This document shows, one piece after another, positions 26,566-38,197 of a DNA stretch of 56,796 nucleotides. Origin of the DNA: an uncultured Candidatus Saccharibacteria bacterium (lineage in GTDB: Bacteria; Patescibacteriota; Saccharimonadia; CAILAD01; GCA-016700035); contig CAYMMM010000003.1 in assembly GCA_964391595.1 (NCBI GenBank), positions 1-56,796 of the forward strand, in the 5' to 3' direction. A program made the translations under genes and the position numbers. Positions within the stretch are counted from its first letter, which is position 1, and every line of letters starts with the position of its first letter. A model generated the notes under the pieces. That model was not told the DNA's origin. It did no database searches and was given only the letters and a program-made list of their open reading frames with translations.

Positions 26566-29500
26566 CTATTGTATGACGTGGTAGGTCCATTTGTATTGAG
26601 TTGAGCCAGTAAGCCCTGAGCTACCTGTCGAGAGCTTGAAGGTGCCGGTCGCAGGCGTCACATAGACTGCTGCATTACCTGAGAGGGTGGCGGCATTACC
26701 GTTAGCCGGCGAGAAGACTACTTGAGGTGCAGCGGAGAATGCGGCCGCAAATGTCACGGTAAGCACGTCCGCAGAAGTAGCCGGGCTTGATCCCGTAGTG
26801 AGTGTGATGGTGCCAGCAGTATCGGTGCCACTAATACTGATCGTCGGGCTCGTACCGGCACCCGTATTTGCGGCGATGGATGGTGCTGAGCCACCGGATA
26901 TGATATGCCCAGTAATAGCCAGGTCTTTGACGGTGATCTTCATATTAGTTGAGTCGGCCGTGAAGAAGGCCGTACCGCTGGCATTTTGGATGGTCATTTC
27001 AGTCGTGGAGTCGGAGGCATTCTTGACTATGAATTGTGATCCTGCGACGGTGGTGACATTTGTAGAGGTGTTAATCGAGAATTGGTTCGTACCGGCCGCG
27101 TTTTGAACTTGGAAGGCGGTCGTAGAATCGGACTGGTTCTTGAAAGTTGCGGCTGAGTTAATGACTCCGTTTAAGCTGACCGCTCCAAGGCTGTAGTTTG
27201 TAGAGGCGCTTGCAGCTTCGAGCTGTACAGCATCTATATAGAATGTGCGGGCGGTTGCATCGGTCTGACGGAAGTACACGAATCGAGTACCTGTTGGCGA
27301 AGCTGACACCGTAAAGGTACAGGTGTAACGAGTCCATGCGCCGGTGATAACTGTCTGCCCGGTCGCGCAGCTCGTCGAGGTGCTACCGTCGTTTGTATAG
27401 CCGATTTCAAACGTCGAGAAGCTGGAGCTCACAGCCTTAGCATACAGAGAGAAGCTATAGGTTGTATTGGCTGCGAGGGTATAGGTATAGCGCGCACCGG
27501 CATTTGATGTTGCAGTTGTGACCACTGAGAGCGCGCCTGCGCCTGAGAACTGATCGGACGTTGTACGCGTTAGTGTCGCTCCAGTTGTGGCAGTGTATCC
27601 AGTGGTTGCGGTATCAAACGAAGGATTAGTTATAAGGTTTGCGTTACCAGTTGTAGAGGAGTCGACATTCAAAATCACGTTACTACTTACGTTTTGAACC
27701 TGAAGAGCTGTGGCTGAATTAAAGTTTGTCTTTAGAAATACCGCACCATTTCCCAAAACCGTTAAGTCACCAAGGCCCGAGCCGGTAATTTCACCGTGGT
27801 AGGACCCCAAGCTGCCGTATACGATCGATCCGGTGTATGGCATCTTTAGAGTTCCTGCATTAGTGCTGGTTGAGGAAGTATCAAAAGTGAAGAAACTTTG
27901 TCCAGCTGAATTCTGTATATCAAAAACGTTCACCGAGTTTGCGGTATTCCTGATTGTCACGGGCGAGGAAACAACGCCGTTTAACGCAATAGTGCCTTGT
28001 TGGTAGGCCGAGCCAACACCACCCACTGTTAGTTCGAGTTGTGCGGCGTCGACAAAATATGTCTTTGTGCCCGCTGTGGTTGCTCTGACAAAGACAAAGG
28101 CGCTTCCGGTAGTCCCTGTAGGAGTGAAGTTACAAGTAATTCTTTGCCAAATGAGTGAGCTATAAGCACTATAGGTACTACAGTTTGTGATGGTCGTGCC
28201 ATCTACCGAATAGCCAATGTCCATCGCAGTTGAGGCGGTAGAGGACTTATAGTAAATCGAAAAGGTGTAGGCGGTTCCGGAGACGAGCGCATAAGGGAAC
28301 TTAGCGCCGTCGCCAATGCCGGTAGAGCTGATTTGTAAGCTTGCAGGCCCATACGCTTGCTGTGAAGTGACTCGCGAGATTACACCACTTCCGTACGCCG
28401 CCCAGCCGGTAGTGTTTGTGTCGAAGCTTGGGTTTGAGATGAGGTTTGGTGTTGAAGGGTTTGCTGAAAGGACAACTGATCCATTGCTGTCTTTCAGCTG
28501 TAGTATGTCGGCTGTTTGGCTTGTTGTCGCCGAAATCACTCCGGTGACATTGCTTGCGCTACCACTTTGGACATTAAAGTTCCCCGTCTGTGTACTGGTT
28601 CCGTTTTGAATAAACGCTGTCGAACCTGGAGCAACCGCACAACCCGTACTCGTACAAACGGTGTTGCCGCCTACTTTTAGCGTCGTGCTTGCATTGATGT
28701 CGCCACTCACATCAAGGGCGTAGTTTGCTGATGATTGTCCGATAGCGATACGAGTGTTCGTGGTATCTGCGACTAGGATTGGTGATGCAGCAGCGTTCTG
28801 AATCTGGAATGCAGTTGTAGAGTCAGTACTGTTCTTACTGAGTATTTGCCCCGTTGCACCGACCGCAAATACGGTGCTAGGGGTAGAGGTTTGAACTTCG
28901 AATATGTTTGCGGTCTGTGAGGCCGCACCACGCAGTATGCCAGCTACACTCCCAGAGGAGGTGGATTGTATGGCGAAGTTGGCGCTCGTTTGGACAGAGG
29001 TGGAGTTTTGTATATAGCTACTCGAGCCGGCGGATGGCGCACAGGTGCCGGCACCCCCGCAGATTGCGACCCCGTTGATACGGTAATTACTACCGCTACC
29101 GATATTGATATCACCATTCACGTCGAGCATGTAGCCAGGAGTATTCGTGCCGATCCCCAAGCGTGAGTTGCTCGTGTCGGCGACGAAGAGATTGCTTGTG
29201 CCAGCCGCGTTTTGGATGACAAAAGCACTTGAGGAGTCCACCGCGTTTTGGAATGTATTCACGCCGGTGAAGGCTTGGGTCGCACTGAGTTTCGCGAGGC
29301 TACTCACATCAGAAAGATTAGATGAACTGATCTGGCTGCCGCCAATTCGATATTGGCCAGCTATATCGAGGTTACCGCTTACGTCAATCTTAGCAATGAC
29401 AGTGCCTGCAGCGTTCTTGGCCTGCAGGATGTCTGCAGTCTGACCAGACTTGGCTTTGAGGATACCGGTGGGCGAGGAGGTAGATGAAGATTCGATATTG

Positions 29501-31590
29501 AAGTTGGCGGCAGTCTGTAAGGCGGTGCCGTTCTGGACATAGAATCCCGAGTTTGATCCGGCGGTACATCCGGTGGAGTCACAGACTAAGTTGCCGCCCA
29601 CTCGTAAGCCGGTTGTGGAATTGATATCACCAGCCACATCTAGGCTGTATGATGGTGTCGAGACACCCACGCCAACTCGCGTGTTGGTAGTATCAACGGT
29701 GAAGACATTTGAGCTACCTGCGGCATTTTGTACTTGGAAAGCAGTAGTCGAGTCTGCGCTAGCCTTGTAGAGTCCTTGGGCCACAACCGTCACGAGGCTG
29801 CCGTTGTCAGAAATCGAACTATCACCCACGGATTGCGAGCCGGTGAATTTAGTCAATTTATTCGTTGTGCCGCCAAGTGTTGTGACGCCACCACCAGATG
29901 ATGCGCAGTTACCAACTGTCGTACAAACGGTATAGGTGCCAGGAGTTGTAGCGGCATCAAAGTTGTACGTCAGATTTCCGGTTGGGGTACCTGTAAAGCC
30001 AATGGCGACCGTGTCGGACCCGTTTACAGCTCTGAATTGTGCAGTCATGTCTCCTTGAAGGATGAGGCTTTGGTTTGTGGCGCCGATCGTCATGGTTGCC
30101 GTTGGCTGGATGGTATTGACGGTTAAGGGAGAGGAGAAAGTATTATTTCCTGAGAAGGTCTGATTGCCATTCAGGAGTGCTACGTTTGCACTTAGTCTGC
30201 TGTCACTTAGGGTGCCCGCTGCAATATTCGACGCGTTGAGACTTGTGAGGTTGACACCAGATAGTGTGGGGAGTGCCCCTGAACCCGTCAGCTGGACGAG
30301 TTTATTGGCGACGTTGAAGGTATTGCCTTGAAGAGTAACGTTTGCGCTCAGTCGAGAGTCACCAAGTGTACCTGAGGTGATCTGTGACGCGTTGAGATTG
30401 GTGAGGTTCGATCCACTCACGACTGGCAGTGCACCTGTGCCGTCGAGCTGGACGAGTTTATTGGCGACGTTAAAGGTATTGCCCTGCAGGGTGACATCAC
30501 TACTGAGCCGAGTATTGTTGATGGTTCCTGTGCTGAGTGCGCTTGCGTTGAGGGCGGTGATATTGGATCCACTTATTGCAGGTAGTGCACCAGTGCCATC
30601 GAGCTGGACCAGCTGTCCAGCACCATTAAATGTATTTCCTTGAATGGTGACGGTGCTATCGAGGTTGATCGTGACATCGCCACTCGTACCACCACCAGTC
30701 AGGCCAGTTCCGGCTACGACGCTCGTTATGTCTCCACCGGAGTTGGTCGAAGTGATCGTGATCTCGCTGGTACCAGTATTTGGAGTTATCTGGATGCCAG
30801 TGCCCGCAACCAGGCTCACTGCACCCGTGCCCGTAGTGCTCGAAATACCATTGAGCGATCCAAGCACGCCTCCGCTCAGGGCAGAAAGTGGAATTACTTG
30901 TCCGAGCCGGGTGACTGTACTGTCGAGCCGGTCATTGGATAGGGTGCCGCTGGTGATAGCAGCAGCATTGATATTTGAGAGGTTAGCCCCATTGCCCTGG
31001 AAGGTGCTGGCGATAATCGTCCCGCCAATGTTGATGTTTCCAGCCTGCGCAACTTGAGGCACGTTTGTCGAGAGGTTGACTTTATTTGTCAGGCTGCGAG
31101 AAATCGCGTCGATGGCAGCTTCAGAGAGTTGTATGCCTCCACGAATCGCAAGCTCACCATTGATGCTGACCGTCTGATCGCCGATTGAGCTGGCTGCATT
31201 GGGGCTGGTTGTGTTGACGTTCTCGAGCTTCGTCTGCGAATAGTTCTTGAGGACATCTTGCTGAGAGGTTGAGCGGCTAATTGATGAGTAAAGTCGCCAC
31301 GCGAAGAGGCCGAGGATTCCAGTCAAGAAGAACAGAATAATAAATACCAGCGCATGGCGATTGCGCCAGATGCTCGGCTTGCGCAATGGCGTGCCGACCC
31401 CGCTTGACGACGTAGATGCAGGAGTCGCGGAAGGTCGATTTGCAGACGCTGTAGCTTGTGTTGTCCCTGGAGCACTTGCTGGCGCTGTAGGCTGAACAGC
31501 ATCGCGACGGAGACTCTCCATCTGATTTTCACCCGGGCTATTCGGCGTTTGTGCGTTGGTTTGTTTTGGCCCCATAAAGATAGCGTGCAA
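26566..31590 (-). CDS. Giant fibre-like surface protein (N-terminal anchor, tail-fibre-type repeats, two CBM4/9-like modules)
   Basis: TM at aa ~80-100. Three 52-aa repeats and three ~140-aa modules (DSTTAFQ.QNAAG...DT.N.R.G.G...P.Y.LDV.GDI). Two modules begin NLI.NPSFDT.TTG. More likely ATG starts are 31575 or 31521. Confidence 0.85.
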   Translation of the reverse strand: MHAIFMGPKQTNAQTPNSPGENQMESLRRDAVQPTAPASAPGTTQATASANRPSATPASTSSSGVGTPLRKPSIWRNRHALVFIILFFLTGILGLFAWRLYSSISRSTSQQDVLKNYSQTKLENVNTTSPNAASSIGDQTVSINGELAIRGGIQLSEAAIDAISRSLTNKVNLSTNVPQVAQAGNINIGGTIIASTFQGNGANLSNINAAAITSGTLSNDRLDSTVTRLGQVIPLSALSGGVLGSLNGISSTTGTGAVSLVAGTGIQITPNTGTSEITITSTNSGGDITSVVAGTGLTGGGTSGDVTINLDSTVTIQGNTFNGAGQLVQLDGTGALPAISGSNITALNASALSTGTINNTRLSSDVTLQGNTFNVANKLVQLDGTGALPVVSGSNLTNLNASQITSGTLGDSRLSANVTLQGNTFNVANKLVQLTGSGALPTLSGVNLTSLNASNIAAGTLSDSRLSANVALLNGNQTFSGNNTFSSPLTVNTIQPTATMTIGATNQSLILQGDMTAQFRAVNGSDTVAIGFTGTPTGNLTYNFDAATTPGTYTVCTTVGNCASSGGGVTTLGGTTNKLTKFTGSQSVGDSSISDNGSLVTVVAQGLYKASADSTTAFQVQNAAGSSNVFTVDTTNTRVGVGVSTPSYSLDVAGDINSTTGLRVGGNLVCDSTGCTAGSNSGFYVQNGTALQTAANFNIESSSTSSPTGILKAKSGQTADILQAKNAAGTVIAKIDVSGNLDIAGQYRIGGSQISSSNLSDVSSLAKLSATQAFTGVNTFQNAVDSSSAFVIQNAAGTSNLFVADTSNSRLGIGTNTPGYMLDVNGDINIGSGSNYRINGVAICGGAGTCAPSAGSSSYIQNSTSVQTSANFAIQSTSSGSVAGILRGAASQTANIFEVQTSTPSTVFAVGATGQILSKNSTDSTTAFQIQNAAASPILVADTTNTRIAIGQSSANYALDVSGDINASTTLKVGGNTVCTSTGCAVAPGSTAFIQNGTSTQTGNFNVQSGSASNVTGVISATTSQTADILQLKDSNGSVVLSANPSTPNLISNPSFDTNTTGWAAYGSGVISRVTSQQAYGPASLQISSTGIGDGAKFPYALVSGTAYTFSIYYKSSTASTAMDIGYSVDGTTITNCSTYSAYSSLIWQRITCNFTPTGTTGSAFVFVRATTAGTKTYFVDAAQLELTVGGVGSAYQQGTIALNGVVSSPVTIRNTANSVNVFDIQNSAGQSFFTFDTSSTSTNAGTLKMPYTGSIVYGSLGSYHGEITGSGLGDLTVLGNGAVFLKTNFNSATALQVQNVSSNVILNVDSSTTGNANLITNPSFDTATTGYTATTGATLTRTTSDQFSGAGALSVVTTATSNAGARYTYTLAANTTYSFSLYAKAVSSSFSTFEIGYTNDGSTSTSCATGQTVITGAWTRYTCTFTVSASPTGTRFVYFRQTDATARTFYIDAVQLEAASASTNYSLGAVSLNGVINSAATFKNQSDSTTAFQVQNAAGTNQFSINTSTNVTTVAGSQFIVKNASDSTTEMTIQNASGTAFFTADSTNMKITVKDLAITGHIISGGSAPSIAANTGAGTSPTISISGTDTAGTITLTTGSSPATSADVLTVTFAAAFSAAPQVVFSPANGNAATLSGNAAVYVTPATGTFKLSTGSSGLTGSTQYKWTYHVIQ
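30181..30648 (-). repeat. Three tandem 156-bp in-frame repeats inside the giant gene
   Basis: The peptide unit T.QGNTFN.A..LVQL.G.GALP..SG.N.T.LNAS.I..GT...SRLS..V occurs three times in a row (aa 315-470). Confidence 0.8.
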
Positions 31591-31675
31591 ATCTAGTTAT
31601 GCTTACCAGTAATTGTACCGGTAAATAAGATAGGGGGCAAGCGTAATTTCAGATAAAACAGCGTCTTCTTTGTTG

Positions 31676-33258
<1,583 letters not shown>

Positions 33259-34107
33259 CTAGAGCATCCCCGCTGCAGTTACAATCTGGCGCGTAGATTC
33301 GTCGCGCTCGCGTCGTCGGAGCGAAAAGAGCCGCTGGTTCGTTTTTTGGGTGAGTTTCTCGGCTCGACTGTGGGCGAGCGACATGTTGGTGAAGCGGCCA
33401 GCTTGTTGGGCGAGTTGCGACTCAAGCACAAGCTGCGTAATCGAAGTATTAAGCATAATTTGACTCAAATAATCAATAACGTGCTGGGCATTTGGCTCCA
33501 GGATGTAGTTGTCGGCAGTTATGATTTCGGTGGCTCCTTGCTCGACTTGGAGTCGCTCTTCTTCGGTGAGTTGTTGCGCCTCGAGCAGCAGAGTGAGTTT
33601 CGCGGGGCGCTGCAGAGTGAGTGATTGGTATGAGTTGTAATATGCCGTGGTGGTTTCATACTGACGCACGATCTCGAGAATTGGTTCTACCATGAAGTCT
33701 TCGCCAATGTCGGGCATCTCGAAGGCTCGCAGGGGTGCGAGATCGTAGTTTTTGAGCAAGTAATTTCCATGCGATCCAAGCACAATGATATCACTTGCTC
33801 CTGGACTATGTTCGGATTGGAGGATGCGTAGGATCTGCTCATCACTCGGTCCGGCCAGACCTGCAGGGGAGGAAATATAGAGGTGCAGATGTCGATTGAT
33901 CTTACCAAGCTCATTGTTTGAGTGATGTCGTACACGCAGGTCTTGGTAGATACCCCAAAGCTCATTGAAGAATAGTTTTGATGCGAGCACCTCGGCACGG
34001 ACTGCACGAATCTTGATGCTCGCTGTGTTTTGAAATACATCCGTCAGCTCTCGAATCGCCGAAACAGCCTGAAGTTCACGCTGGAGTTTTTTGGTCAGTA
34101 CACTCAT
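33259..34107 (-). CDS. atpG: F1 ATPase gamma subunit
   Basis: Position between alpha and beta, N- and C-terminal helices with a gamma-like C-terminus (RQIVTAAG), 282 aa. Confidence 0.8.
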   Translation of the reverse strand: MSVLTKKLQRELQAVSAIRELTDVFQNTASIKIRAVRAEVLASKLFFNELWGIYQDLRVRHHSNNELGKINRHLHLYISSPAGLAGPSDEQILRILQSEHSPGASDIIVLGSHGNYLLKNYDLAPLRAFEMPDIGEDFMVEPILEIVRQYETTTAYYNSYQSLTLQRPAKLTLLLEAQQLTEEERLQVEQGATEIITADNYILEPNAQHVIDYLSQIMLNTSITQLVLESQLAQQAGRFTNMSLAHSRAEKLTQKTNQRLFSLRRRERDESTRQIVTAAGML

Positions 34108-35522
34108 GATACTGGTACCTTTCCGGCCAATTGCTTGAGAATAGTGCCGGCGACTGTCTGAAATGACATCTCTGGCTTGAAGCGAGGTGCTGCGGCGCGT
34201 ACTGCATCTTTTACGCGAGACATATCGATAGCTTGGTCTTCTGCCATAAAGACAATAGTGAGGAGTATTTGCTGCTCGATCAGACTATATGATTCATCGG
34301 GTCCTTGATTGAATGCAAGCTTAAGACGCTGACCTAGTCGCAGCGCATCACGATATTGATCGGGGAGATCCTGGCCGAAGCTCGCAAACTGGCTGCTTTG
34401 CCGATACGCCGCCAAAGCCCGAAATGTATTTTGCGCAAGATTCTTGTGGCTTACTGACTGAGCTCGCCCACCAATACGAGACACAGAAAGCCCAGTGTTA
34501 ATCGGTGGAATGGTGCCGCGCTGTAACTCCTCGGTGTCAAATACGAGCTGCCCGTCCGTTATTGAGATAATATTCGTCGAGAGGTAACCAGTGATGTCAT
34601 TGTTGACCGTAGTCATGAGCGGTAAGGCAGTCAGTGTCGCGAGGTTATGGCTCAGTCTTCCCGCTCTCTCGAGTAGGGAAGAGTGCGCAAAGAACATGTC
34701 CCCTGGATAGGATTCTCGCCCTGGGGGTGTATTGGCAAGTAAGGCGATCTCGCGGTGCACCTTGGCGTGACTGAGCAAATCGTCATAAATAATGATGGTA
34801 TCCTTGCCATTCTGCCAGAAGAACTCGGCGATAGCGCAGCCAGAATATGGCGCGAGGTCTGTGAGTGGGAGCGAGGCGAAACTATCGGCAACGACCAACA
34901 CCATATGCTTGAGGGTGTCTGATTGTTTGAGTCTATGGATGATTGTGGCGATTTCTGTTTTTCGCTTTGCGATGAGTACCATGACAATTATCTTCTGTTT
35001 CTTTGCTTGATGCATTGCGGCTTGCAAAGCAAAGCTTGTCTTGCCTGACTTCGTGTCACCCATGATTGCGATGCGCTGTCCATTGACGATCGGGAAGAGG
35101 GTGTCGACTACTGCAACACCGGTCTCACACTGTTCATCGAGCTGATAGCGCTGGGCAAATCCTGGGGCTGGTGCGAAGACAGGCTGCTGTATCCGGGACA
35201 GAATCGCAGGGCCATCATCAAGTGGTCGAAGGAGGGGATCGACTACTCTTCCGAGTAGTGCCTCACTCGGATGGATGGCAAATGATTGCTTAGCGATAAC
35301 TGCAGCGGTACCAAGAGGCACTGCCTCGCTGGTCAGCACATTGACGCGGACGATATCGTCTTCAATCCGAGTTATGAGGCCGAGGGCACCGTTGGCGAAA
35401 ACGACTTCACTCCCCAGGGCTGCTCCAAACAGGCCAAGTACTTCTACGAGGAAGCGGTTACTTTGCACGACTTCACCATTCGGATTGCCTGCTTTGATGA
35501 GGCGTTGATAGACCTGGCTCAT
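34104..35522 (-). CDS. atpA: F1 ATPase alpha subunit
   Basis: Walker A GDTKSGKTS, PGRESYPGDMFFAHSSLLERA and ITDGQLVF. Confidence 0.92.
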   Translation of the reverse strand: MSQVYQRLIKAGNPNGEVVQSNRFLVEVLGLFGAALGSEVVFANGALGLITRIEDDIVRVNVLTSEAVPLGTAAVIAKQSFAIHPSEALLGRVVDPLLRPLDDGPAILSRIQQPVFAPAPGFAQRYQLDEQCETGVAVVDTLFPIVNGQRIAIMGDTKSGKTSFALQAAMHQAKKQKIIVMVLIAKRKTEIATIIHRLKQSDTLKHMVLVVADSFASLPLTDLAPYSGCAIAEFFWQNGKDTIIIYDDLLSHAKVHREIALLANTPPGRESYPGDMFFAHSSLLERAGRLSHNLATLTALPLMTTVNNDITGYLSTNIISITDGQLVFDTEELQRGTIPPINTGLSVSRIGGRAQSVSHKNLAQNTFRALAAYRQSSQFASFGQDLPDQYRDALRLGQRLKLAFNQGPDESYSLIEQQILLTIVFMAEDQAIDMSRVKDAVRAAAPRFKPEMSFQTVAGTILKQLAGKVPVS

Positions 35523-35971
35523 ACAGCGTGTACCATTTCTCGTAAATAAGCGCGACCTTGTTCTTGTGTGCCTAAGACCGACCAGTCATACACGGCATTA
35601 GGGGTTTGCACGACTACCCCAGCAATGAGGCTAGGGTCGGTGCGAAATGAGACCAGGACTGGCGCGGCGGTATTTTGTGCAAGTTGCATAAACCATGTCT
35701 GTATTGCATGTTTGTGATCACCGCCCAGTGCTACTGCACTGCGGATGAGGATTTGCTTGGCAGCAGCGATGTATTGGCCAAGCGCATGCGTAAGTTCCTG
35801 CGCAGTAGCCTTGGGGAGTTTGGTGAGTTCATTTGACTGCATCAGCGCCAGGAGCTCTGGAGAAGGACGTTTACGGGATTGCGTGAGGCGTGAATACGTT
35901 GAGACCTCGGCGATGACAGCGCGGAGCTGTTCCAGAGTCAGTGATGGATCGACGACGAGACGTTGCTTCAT
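35519..35971 (-). CDS. atpH: ATPase delta (OSCP) subunit
   Basis: C-terminal DPSLIAGVVVQ motif and operon position. Confidence 0.7.
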   Translation of the reverse strand: MKQRLVVDPSLTLEQLRAVIAEVSTYSRLTQSRKRPSPELLALMQSNELTKLPKATAQELTHALGQYIAAAKQILIRSAVALGGDHKHAIQTWFMQLAQNTAAPVLVSFRTDPSLIAGVVVQTPNAVYDWSVLGTQEQGRAYLREMVHAV

Positions 35972-36582
35972 GCGGCGAGGTCCTTTTTGATTGCGACCTT
36001 ATTTGCTTCGAGTCGTTCAAGGATAAATTCCTGTTGGTCACCAAATTCTACTCCCTGTACGCTGGCATTCAAGTAGTTCGCTAGCAAGCTTGCCGCATGT
36101 TCGTCGACAAGTTGTTGGACCCGCTGCATGACATTCTGCTGGTATGTTTGCATGTACTGGAGCTGTTGTTCAGATAGAGAATCGAGTGCTTGTTGTAATT
36201 TCTTAGAGTGGTCGAGGAGCAGTGCGGTTTGGTCTTTGCTGATAGTCTCGAGGGCAGTGACTTGTGCTGTGGTGGCTTGTTCAATCGCCGCGGAGCTCTT
36301 CTGAAGGGAGGCGCGTATGGTTTGATTGCTTTCTTTGTCAATCTCATCGACGAGCGAACGCATTTCCTTCGCAAACGGCGTCAGTGCATTGGCGACATGT
36401 TTGGCGACATCTTTCTCGAGGGTAGTGTGAAGTTTGGCCACATATTCCGGATTGAGGACAGCTTGCTTCAGCTCTTTTCGATAGCTCTTTTGAATCCAGA
36501 CGCGCTCACGATAGAGAATTACCAGCGCGATCAAAGAAACACTCATGCTGATAATAATGGCCACCCAGCGAAGCTCGATCAT
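35968..36582 (-). CDS. atpF: ATPase b subunit (peripheral stalk)
   Basis: One N-terminal TM helix, then a long coiled coil. Operon position supports the call. Confidence 0.65.
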   Translation of the reverse strand: MIELRWVAIIISMSVSLIALVILYRERVWIQKSYRKELKQAVLNPEYVAKLHTTLEKDVAKHVANALTPFAKEMRSLVDEIDKESNQTIRASLQKSSAAIEQATTAQVTALETISKDQTALLLDHSKKLQQALDSLSEQQLQYMQTYQQNVMQRVQQLVDEHAASLLANYLNASVQGVEFGDQQEFILERLEANKVAIKKDLAA

Positions 36583-36590
36583 ACTGTTAG

Positions 36591-37430
36591 CTACCCTCCA
36601 AGAATTAAGAATACTGCACTGCCGGCGCCAATGACGACTATTATGGCGAGACCAATCATGATGAACAGACTACGACGAATGATGCCTTTAGATAGTGGGT
36701 TGCGGCCGATGGAGTAGATACTCGATGAGATCGAGCTATACAATATAATACCCGATGCGAGCAGCGCCAAGACGACCACACCAATCGCCAGTAGTGCCTG
36801 GGTGTTGCTGACTGGCTTGCCGACGATATTCGCCAGAAAGCCACGCAGCCCATTCATAACCGGGCTGTTTTGCTCATTTGGTGGGTACCAATCTTGGACT
36901 TTTATGTCTGCATCAATCCGTCCGACTTGCACTGTCTGCTTGCCGCCTTTGCTATCAGAAATCTCCACTTTTTGCTTAGATGAATCATCCTGCGAAGTAA
37001 AATCTTGCTGTGCGATGCCAACCACCTTACCAGCAGTACTGGCGCGCATAGCTACACCACTGATAGGTGAAATCGTGAGGCTGTCGCCGGTGTGGATTTC
37101 TCCATTCGCAGTCGATACGAGAAGGCTGGCTGTACCTTCAGTAACTACTTGTACCTTGTTCTCATTATCGCCATATGCGATGAGTGATTTTGAGGGGCTT
37201 ATAGAAATACCAAGCAACGCATCGCGACGGTCGACTGAGGCCGTTGCGATAGTCGCAGCCTCGCCAGCAATGAGGCTGACGAGTGACCCGTCGGCGATCG
37301 TTTCTTTTGCGCTGTACCCTTGAGAGATAGGTGCAGCAGCAGCCTGCGCAGGAGCTATGCCTAGACAGCAAAACAAACTCATCGCAATGAGCGAAAGTAC
37401 TCGGATACCACCCTTTTGAGAAAGAATCAT
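36591..37430 (-). CDS. Secreted-domain protein ending in an ATPase c-subunit-like two-helix hairpin; first gene of the atp operon
   Basis: Signal peptide (..APAQAAAAP), a ~190-aa beta-rich domain, then helix, SIGRNP loop and helix. It occupies the slot where atpB/atpE are normally found. Confidence 0.7.
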   Translation of the reverse strand: MILSQKGGIRVLSLIAMSLFCCLGIAPAQAAAAPISQGYSAKETIADGSLVSLIAGEAATIATASVDRRDALLGISISPSKSLIAYGDNENKVQVVTEGTASLLVSTANGEIHTGDSLTISPISGVAMRASTAGKVVGIAQQDFTSQDDSSKQKVEISDSKGGKQTVQVGRIDADIKVQDWYPPNEQNSPVMNGLRGFLANIVGKPVSNTQALLAIGVVVLALLASGIILYSSISSSIYSIGRNPLSKGIIRRSLFIMIGLAIIVVIGAGSAVFLILGG

Positions 37431-37565
37431 TCTAATTTCTGATCACGCTTATGTATAAATAGTACCACAGGGCGACGCTCCCGCGACCAATGTCCACTGA
37501 TTATTGCGACATAGCATAGGATTCGTTACACTAGTGCTTAATGATTAAGCGAGGGTTGTAAGAAG

Positions 37566-38045
37566 ATGGATCACGTTGGGATGAATCGAGGCGGTGGCGG
37601 CATGCATCGCAGCACGAATGGTATGGCACGCACCTGGCTCATTATCGGGGGCATTGCGATAGTCCTGGTTATTCTCGCTGCAGTAGTGTTCAGATTTGGA
37701 TTTATGAAGGCTGGCCCGAGTGCTGACCGTTATAAAGATGTGAAGCAAAGCCAATACCAAGCAGTATTCCTTACAAATGGCCAAGTATACTTTGGGAAGA
37801 TCTCCGAGATGGATCGTGGCGATGTGAAGCTCACGGATATTTACTACCTACAGGTGCAGCAATCACTGCAGGCAGAGGCAAAACAGTCGACTGATCAACA
37901 GAATCTCTCTCTAGCAAAGCTCGGTGGTGAGCTCCATGGTCCTGAAGATGTGATGTATATCTCGGACAAGCAGGTTTTGTTCTGGGAAAATCTCAAGGAT
38001 GACTCAAAGGTCGTTCAAGCAATCAAGCAAAACAAGTCAAAATAG
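37566..38045 (+). CDS. Membrane-anchored hypothetical protein
   Basis: One TM (WLIIGGIAIVLVILAAVVF) and a soluble C-domain. No family recognised. Confidence 0.55.
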   Translation: MDHVGMNRGGGGMHRSTNGMARTWLIIGGIAIVLVILAAVVFRFGFMKAGPSADRYKDVKQSQYQAVFLTNGQVYFGKISEMDRGDVKLTDIYYLQVQQSLQAEAKQSTDQQNLSLAKLGGELHGPEDVMYISDKQVLFWENLKDDSKVVQAIKQNKSK

Positions 38046-38118
38046 TCTTCCGGCATGAATAAATAAGCGCTGACGTTTCGTGGGCGTTATTATCGAAGGC
38101 AAGTCTAACATAAGCGTA

Positions 38119-38147
38119 TTGCGTTGGGCTGAATAATACCTTAGAAT
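38119..38147 (+). promoter_or_regulatory. Candidate promoter of the GLUG/sortase operon
   Basis: TTGCGT, 17-nt spacer, TAGAAT. Confidence 0.3.
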
Positions 38148-38197
38148 GTAACCAATAGGATTTTGGAGGAAGGTGAGTCACTCTTGCGCCTTGAGGT

